The position numbers and the translations under genes were made by a program. The notes below the pieces were generated by a model. The model saw only the letters and a program-made list of their open reading frames with translations, did no database searches and was not told the origin of the DNA. A stretch of DNA of 64,000 nt from Antechinus flavipes (taxonomy: Eukaryota): the NCBI RefSeq assembly GCF_016432865.1, contig NC_067401.1, positions 130,634,001-130,698,000 on the forward strand. Reading direction: 5' to 3'. The first letter of the stretch is position 1; the number at the start of each line of letters is the position of its first letter. This document shows positions 56,163 through 64,000 of the stretch, one piece after another.

Positions 56163-59100
56163 CTAAAAGAACTTGACCCCTCGGCCATCGCTGACTGTGA
56201 TGATCTCAGCCTTGTGCTCCAGCTGTAGGGCTTGCAGAGCTCGAAGAAGTGTGGCCTCGTCCAGCCCATGGAACTCTGTGGGGAAAGCAGAGTTGTAAGG
56301 GAGCCTCTCTGTACAAGGGACCCTAACACACACACAAAACCTGATGCTTTAAAAGGCTGGAGGGGAAATGAATAGGGTCATTGCTAGTTAATGACTGGTA
56401 CAGGCTACTGAACTCAAGACGCCTGGTAAGCTGGGCATAAGACTCTACCTGGCATTTCAGAATCTGGAAGAGGAGGGGCAAAGGGTGAACTCCAATGGGC
56501 TTATAGGGGAAAAGATGAGATAATTCAGAAATCAAAATGAACCCCAATTCTTGACTAGACAAAAGCCCAAATACCTGAAATAGCTAGGCTGTCCATTCCC
56601 CCCAACTTACTTCAGTTGATACGAGTCAGATGATGAAAAATCATTATTATCCACGGTCCCCCAATAACCTCCCTGCTATGAGTCTCCCCTCCCCAACATT
56701 CACTCCACTTTTCCATAGTATTTACAGCCCAGAGGTCAGGAATGAGATGGATAAAATAGGACATGTAAAATTCAAACTGGGGGAGAACTCAAAGGTATTA
56801 CCCTCATCCTCTGTGTCATCTCCATTGGTTAGTTCATAAAAAGTAAATACAGAGTTATTCTGGCCACTCTTTGAAACCTGTGGATACAGAAAAGGAGGAC
56901 TAAGTAAGGCCCATGAAGTCTTTGGGGTTGTCACCTCACTGACTCATTGACCCCACCCCTCTAATCGAGGAATCAGGTGCCAGAGCTGATTTTAGCCTCC
57001 AAGGAAGAGTGGCTGAATAGCCACATTCCCTAAGGGAAGCTATATTTACATGCACACACAGCATTTCAAACCACAAGGTCTCACGTGTCTAATGAGGGAC
57101 CTCTTGTCCTGGTGAGGTCTCTATTCAGGAATGAAGGTGGGAGCTGAATGTCTTGTACATGTTGTATTGCTACCAAGGATGCTTTCCTTTTTGGTGGGGG
57201 TTGGGGTTTGTGGCTGGAAGTTTCAGGAGAGCCTGTTCTGTCTTTACAATGGCTCAAAGAAATTCACTGGCATTCTGTAAGTTTGAGGCAGACCCTATGA
57301 GTATATGTGTAAGAAGGAGGACTCAAGTTATTTTTTTACCCTTTCCTCATTTATCTCCTGTGGTCAGAGCCTCTGGTCAACAAAGCAGCCTGTGGTTTCT
57401 TCCACTATGCTCTGAAAATATGGCCTTGCCTAATCCCTTGGCTCCTGGTGGTGAGAAGGGAAAGAGAGGGAGGCCTTATTTGGCCAGAGAAACTGAGGCA
57501 TTGGGAAAGCCTTGCCCAAGATGTAGCTTTCTTCTATAATCCATCCCCAATGTGCTTGGTATGCAGGTCTGCATAATAGAGTATATGTGCACACTCAGTG
57601 TTGAACCCCAATTCCTTTCTACTCTCAAGGTGAGGGGCTTTCTCTGTACTACTGCTATGTGTCTCACCCACTGGTAGATAAGTTTCCCCCATTCTTCTGG
57701 TCTCCGCCACATGATCAAGAAGCTGGACTTGTTCTTATCCAGCCACTCCAGGTTCCCTAGAAAGCAATCATGCATGGGAGTTGCTATGAGGTTAATGAGG
57801 TGGAAAACACAGGAGGAGGTTCTACTTTCAGGATATTGAAAGATTAACTCCTTCCCACACCTAGCTCCCACCCCAAATCCACTGTTGCCTTCATCAAAGA
57901 ATATTCCAGCCTTCTGATATGCTATAGTCCATTTCTTCCCACTTAAATACACCAGGCATAACAAGGATGGGTAGGAAAATTCCACTTTTAGAGGAAGATG
58001 GAAAGCTACGAATCAAGGAAACAGCTATTAATATGTCAGTCACCCTGGACTCTACTGCCATAGAAGGGGAGGAAACGAGAGTTTAAAAGGGACAAAGACA
58101 AAGAAAATGAGGGAAGGCACAAGAGAATCTACTTGAAGGTAAAACTATCATGGAAGAGAGAATATAAGAACTGGGACCCACCTTTCTTCCTCAGTTCCTC
58201 CAACACAATCTGGATAGATTCCATGGGGAGTTTCCCTGACTCAGGGTTAAGGGAATGACCAAGATACGAGAGGTGATTTTATTCCTAACAAAGAATAAAA
58301 CCCCAGAAGTAGTTCCATGCTAAACCACCACACACAATATTTTGAATGTCCAAATGGAATCAGGTTAGATGTGTCTAGAGTTTGGAGGAGGGCTCATATT
58401 TACTTTGTACACATTTTAACATTTACTTATATATGTCCATGCTATTTTCAGCAATGGAACATAAGTTCCTAAGGGTAGGGTTATTTTCTGTCTTTTTCTC
58501 TAGCATCCAGCGTAGTGCCATTTGTGACGGGACTTGTTACAAGAAGTAACATGTTTTGGCGGCTGTCTTTGTCATTCTAACTAATTTCCCCAGATGTCCT
58601 ATGGATGAACCAGAAAACCCAGGGTCTGTCCAAAGTGGACCCAGGAGCCAAAACCGTTCGATTATTATTATTTTTTTTTTGCTGATGGTCAGACACCTGG
58701 CTGTGAACCTGCTTGTCCTGTATTACTAGGCCCGCCACTTCACCAACATAACAGTTAGGGAGGACAGGAAAAACCCCAACCCTGCATCTCCCTCCTGGGC
58801 AGGCCCTCCCAAGTAGGAATCCCTTCAGAAGCACAATCTCAGCGCACATACAGGAGTCTCTTCCACAACACGCGGGACAAGCACGTCGCTAACGGGGCTC
58901 ACCCTCTCTAGCTTGCTAAGAAGTCTGTCCTAATATCTGAGTCTAAATCTCCAACTTGGGCCCGTCTGGAGGGGATGAAGGGGGGTGTGTCAGGAGCTGT
59001 GCCGGGTCACTAAAGGAAGGGGGCGGGACTCCTTAAGGGAGGATACTCTGCAGCTTGTTGTTGTTGAAAAGAGGGCTTTCTTGTGCCTCCATTACCGTCA

Positions 59101-59582
59101 TGCTGGATTGTCGGTGCAGGCGGCAAAAGGACAAGACCAGAGAGCACCAGGCCGCCAGCTGCTTCTGCCGGGTGTCCACGTTGGGCTGCAACCTAGAGAG
59201 GGGAGAGCCCGGGCGTAGGAGGGGGATGGGGAGGAATCGGTAGTACGCAGCGGGGGGTGGGGTGGGGTGGGGCAGAGGCAGGCGTGCCCAGCGCGAGGGA
59301 GGGGGGCCCCTGGGAAGAGAGCAGGGGAATGGAAAGGCAAGGGGAGTGGGGGAGGGACGAAAGCGTGGAGGGTCAGCAGGGTCCTCGTGCCCCCACCCGC
59401 GGGGAGGGGCATCGGAATCCAAGCTGCTGAGTCGGAGGGATGGCGGGATGGAGGGAGATCTTTAGGAGAAAGTGGGGAGAAGTCCCTCAAAAAGGTGGGG
59501 GGGGGTCCCTAAGCGGGTCCGAGGCTCACGTGAAGAAGGGAGGGAAGCGGTATTGCCACGGCCACTCGAAACTAGTCGCCAT
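56163..59582 (-). CDS. VPS25: ESCRT-II subunit VPS25, 6 exons, 176 aa
   Basis: Exons 59582-59530, 59192-59047, 58235-58182, 57756-57668, 56877-56802, 56275-56163 (531 nt). Reads MATSFEWPWQYRFPPFFTLQPNVDTRQKQ...SDGRGVKFF*. Confidence 0.98.
58236..59046 (-). other. U12-type GT-AG intron 2 of VPS25
   Basis: Donor GTATCCTCC; branch site CCTTAAC (58252-58246) ending 10 nt before the exon; no polypyrimidine tract. Confidence 0.9.
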
Positions 59583-59850
59583 CGTCACCCAGGGAAACCG
59601 GAATCGCTTTGAACGGACTTCCGGGGCCCGGCGCAGCACTTCCGGAACCGAACTCAGGCGAGAGGTTCCGGGCACATTGAGAACTCGCGAGCTGGGCGGG
59701 GCTGAACCATGATGGAGAGAGTGGGGCGGGTGCCCGTAATATGTTGGGGTGCAGAAGAGGGGTGAACCCTGGAACTGTCGGGGACCTAACTGTGTACCCA
59801 AGGAGGCAAACCATGTGAGCCTGGGAGCCGGCCGGAGTCTCCAAACCTCC
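59583..59850 (-). promoter_or_regulatory. VPS25 promoter with tandem ETS/GABP sites
   Basis: CCGGAAGT on the minus strand at 59617-59624 and 59638-59645 (21-nt spacing), within a CpG island. Confidence 0.75.
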
Positions 59851-62800
59851 TAGAGCTGAGAAAAATCCTTTAAACAGAGGAGAAAACTGAGGCCCTTAGT
59901 CAAGTCGCCTTTGTAAAGTACCTGTATGGGCCAGGCAGGCCCTGGGATGCTCAGAAACCCAGCCTCTCTCTCAAAGGGCTGCCAGTCCCAGAGCTCTCTG
60001 GGATAAATCGGAGGGAGTTCCCTTCTGAAGAGGGAAGGCACCAAGGGAAGGGATTTAACCTCGAATCTAGAGCAGGCTAGCAAAGTAGAAGGGTGGGAGC
60101 CAGACTGCCTGCAGGGCCAGCGCGGTGCTCTGGGCCCGGCCCTAGGGAGAAGAACGATTCCCTAGGCTGTTTTCCTGTTCGCCCCAATCGCCGCTCGGCT
60201 TGGGCGGCAGCTCTGGCTCCTTGTCTCCCAGACTGGCCTTTTGCTGGCTGCGCGGGATGCCCTCCCCCAGACCCCGAATATCTCCCCGGTGTCCTTGGCC
60301 TTCTTCTCTGCTCTCCCCTGGCGATCTTAGTCACTCCCTGACTAAAGCAATCTCTCTGCAGTGGACTCCCAAATTGCTGTCTCCGATCCTGACCTCTCCT
60401 GAACTCTCCCCTGCTCCATCCCACCGCAGGAAAGAGAGCTCCATCTGGATGCCGTCGCGGGCTCGTTGTTTTCTGGAACCAGATTCCCCCTCCCCCACCC
60501 CCACCTTCCCCCTTCTCTTTTTATTTTTCACAAGTGCAACAAAAGTTACTCTGCCTTTCGCATTCCAGACTTGGGTGATTATCCCAGGCCCTTTCCCTCC
60601 TTTATTTCTCCTATCCAAGGCACCCTGTTGACTCCCCCTCTGCCATCTCCCACATCCGTCCCTTTTGCTTTATTCCATCCCTAGCCTCCCACCAGGCTGG
60701 CACTGCCAGCTGCTATATCACAATGGCCTCCTCAGAGAAACACGGGTCTCCGCCCTTCCCTCCCCTTCTCCCCTTCCTGTATTCTTCACACTCAGGTCAA
60801 ACTAATCTTTCTGCTCATTCCTGGCAAAGTCACTTCTCTGCTCAAAACCTTTCTATTGCCTCTAATCAACTACTGAGCAAAGCTCTCTTCTACTTGGTAT
60901 CAGACTCTCACTCTAAGCTCAACATCATCCTAAGCATCTCCTCCTCCTCTTTCACATACCTTTCACTCCAACCAAACTGAGCTGGTTTGTGTCCTTATAA
61001 CACTTCCCCCCCATTCAATGACTCTGTTAACATTATTTCTTCTATGCTTCTAATAGCCTTAAAGGGCAAGGTAAGGATGCCTTCTAAAGAAGAACATTCC
61101 ACTGAAAGAATACTCATTGGTCTGGTGGCAAAAGACCAAGGTTCGAATCCTACCTCCAGGACTTACTACTTGTGGAATCTGGACAAAGTCTCCCTTGGCT
61201 TCAGTTTTTGCTGTACTAGATGGCTTCGGAGGTCTCTTCGTGCTCTGTGATCTCACCTCCAGCCCCACTTGCTGAACCTCTTTGAATAGTTGAAATTTTA
61301 CCTCCTCCATTAACAAAAATTGACTTTCTTTCCTGAGAAAGAGCCCTCATGGCACTTAATACCTTTTTTTAGTCCTTATTGTTTTCAATTTTGTCTTATC
61401 TACTACTAGATTATGATTAAAAGAGTGAATTGTGCTCTATTTATCTTTGAATCTCACTCAGAGCCTAAGCCAGTACCTTGCAAATAATTTGAATTAGGAA
61501 ACACCTTTTTTTTTTTTTTAATTATACCTATTTGTTTAGATCCTCTAATGTCTTTTTCTCTTCTCTCTTTGTAGTTTACTCCCAAATACCTATCTCTGAT
61601 CTCTCTTGAACTTTGATCTGGTATTTCCTACCACCCACAAGATATCTCCATCTAGAAGACACTTCAAGCTCACTGTGTCTGAAACTAAATCCATCCTCTT
61701 TATCCCCAAATCAGCCCCTCCTGGCTTTATTCTTTTTTGCAAATACAATAATACTCACCCTATCTTTCACATCCAAGACCTTGATGTCTTCAAAGAGCCT
61801 GAGAGTAGTGCTTCTACTTAGTTCTGGAAAGACCTACCAAACTGGAGAATGGGATTAATGACATACTTTATGTCTGCCAGTTGAGGACCAGCCCAGCTAA
61901 ATTTAGAGAGGCTCATATCTAGGTTAGCTATAGAGTGATGAAGTTTTTGGCAATAGACTCAAAGACTCTGCACTAAATTGTACAGGAGTTAAATTTCATG
62001 TAGATGTAGGGGGTAAAGTGGTATAAATACCAAGTTTTGTACCTCCCCAGTATAAGTACACTGACCTACATTTTTGAACACTTAATAAAATTTCATTGAA
62101 ATGATTAAGGCTGAGTGTATCCCAGGAATATTTATGGGAGAGAATGGGTGTGATGTTGTATATATGTCACGTTCATAGAAGAAATAGATACATACAATAG
62201 AGCAGTCAAATACTGCTCTCTGCAAAGTACCTGAAAAGAGCTCATGTGTTCATGGAAAGAAAAGTTAAATCCTTGGAAGAGAATACTGGGAGCTTGAGCA
62301 GCCAAGTGTTATATCTATTGACAAAAGATGACTGTGTCCATGGGTAGAAGAGATAGGTTCATAGTAAGGGCAGGTACATCCCAGGGAATGTGTTATTAAT
62401 GCTATAATTAGAGAAGTTGAACAAAGGTCAGGTGAAATGTATTTTAAACAATTATTCTACATTGTTATTAGAGGAGACATTTAAGAAACGGAAGAGATAG
62501 CATCAGCTGTTGGTGGATTATTAATATAGCTGCAATCTTGGTGCATTAGGTGGGCTGAATTTTTCACAGAGCAAAAGTCAGATGCAGAATTCAGCAGAGA
62601 CACAGTTGTGTTGTCTGAGAGCCTGGAATATATTTCCTTGATAAGTTTGTCAGCTAGTCCATCAATAAACAAAATATATTCTACTACCTGCCAGGCACTA
62701 TGCTAAGGGTAGAGATTAAAAAGAAGGTGAAAACAAAGGAGACAACATGCAAACAGCTACGTACATACTATACACACACTAAAATGAGATGCAATCTCAG

Positions 62801-63769
62801 AGGTAAAGCAGTTTGTATTTCTACCTGGGGTCACTTTTGGGGGGCAGGGTGTCAAAGGAACATAGATTTATAAATTAGAATAGAAATCAAAGGTTACCCA
62901 GGATGGAGGACTGTGCTACGTTGGCCATATCTCTTCCCCAAGTGTCTTGTGGCCTTTGCTGTGCTTCATAATTGTTCCTATGGCAGGAAGCCAGTCTACT
63001 GACCTGGGGACATCATTATTCCCTTGTCTAGGCCCTAGCGTCAGGAGGAGCTTCAGTATTATTGTTTCCTATGGTTCAATGGTTCTTTCTCATATTGATT
63101 CAAATAGGAAGGAAAGATATTAGTGGGCATGAAAAAGCCTGCACACGATGGCTCCCACTTAGCTTTCTGTTCTTATTTCATGACACTCTCCTTCAGGAAT
63201 GCCACATTCCAACCAAACCAGACTAGAAGGCATTCCACAAACTCCACAATCCTCATCACCACTTCTCAGAATCTTAGCCTTCTTTCAAGGTTCATGTTAG
63301 ATGCCACCTTTTACCTGAAGCCTTCTTTCCCACGCATTTTGCCCTTATCTGCTCCACTTATTTAATGTTTTTTCCTTCCTCAGATCACCTTATATTTACT
63401 TGTTTTTACTTTGTGTCTCTCGGTAGAGTATAAACTCTTTGAAGGCAGGGATTGTTTCATTTTTGTCTTTGTTTCTCTGGTGCTAGCACATGGTAGATCT
63501 TTTATTCCTGTATATTAAGTTGAATTGATAGGTTAGATCAGGTGGTTTTGAGAGTGGTTTATCCTTCCAAATTTATATTCCTAAAATACATATATATGTC
63601 ACTGCTCTACTCAAGGAGCTTCAATAACTTCCTATTTTTTCTAAGAAAAATATAAACTGAGCTTAGCATACTTAAGCCATAAGTTTCTTTTCTAGACTTG
63701 TTGCTGCTATTATTTCTAGGAAAAAAATATAAACTAAGCTTAACATATATAAGTCATAACCTTCCTTTC

Positions 63770-64000
63770 TAGATTTGTTGCTTGGGTACATAGGATGGAA
63801 TGCTAGGCCTGAATGCAGGATGACCTTACTATCTGTGTGATCCTGGGCAAGTCATTTGACCTCCATTTGCCTCAGTTTCCCCCATCTGGAAAACGGGGAT
63901 AACATTAGCACTAACCTCCTAGGGTTGTTGTAAGGATCAAATAAGATAATTATAAAATGCTTAGGACAATGCCTAGCACATAGAAAGTGCTACTTAAATG
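63770..64000 (+). mobile_element. Marsupial CORE-SINE
   Basis: ctgtgtgatcctgggcaagtcatttgacc...gcctcagtttcc...taaaatgcttaggacaatgcctagcacatag. Confidence 0.7.

Noticed and set aside
62199-62219. Perfect 8-bp hairpin AGAGCAGT-caaat-ACTGCTCT
   Set aside because: Several such stems are expected by chance in 64 kb.
62481-62672. 63-aa ORF that looks protein-like (KEIYSRLSDNTTVSLLNS)
   Set aside because: Non-ATG start, no convincing splice sites, and no recognised family; a BLAST search would settle it.
59900-64000. RAMP2, the next gene by human synteny
   Set aside because: No RAMP2-like exon recognised; it probably lies beyond the window.

Overview
Eukaryotic, intron-rich window from a marsupial genome: it carries MAR1-, WSINE1- and MIR3-type SINEs, marsupial L1 3' ends, and two N-gaps typical of a draft scaffold. 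It is orthologous to the human 17q21 block, and gene order from left to right is AOC3 (-, exon 1 only), AOC2 (-, 756 aa), PSME3 (-, 254 aa), BECN1 (+, 448 aa), CNTD1 (-, 331 aa), COA3 (+, 105 aa), WNK4 (-, 1271 aa) and VPS25 (-, 176 aa). I located every coding exon of the seven complete genes by hand; the frames are continuous and no gene looks disabled. There are no tRNA, rRNA or CRISPR features and no wholly new gene system that I can support. The best leads are fine-scale: (1) a 25-codon alternative N-terminal exon hidden in PSME3 intron 1, too short for the ORF track, which may also act as a poison exon or intronic poly(A) site; (2) a weak U12 intron in COA3 whose retention gives a different protein of identical length; (3) concerted evolution between AOC2 and AOC3, alongside a strongly diverged AOC2 channel segment; (4) a 21-nt coding repeat in WNK4 exon 14; (5) a GC-AG intron next to the BECN1 BH3 exon; (6) three miR-7 sites in the PSME3 3'UTR; (7) a perfect DR3 element between PSME3 and BECN1. 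All comparisons to human sequences are from memory, not from a database search, and need verifying.
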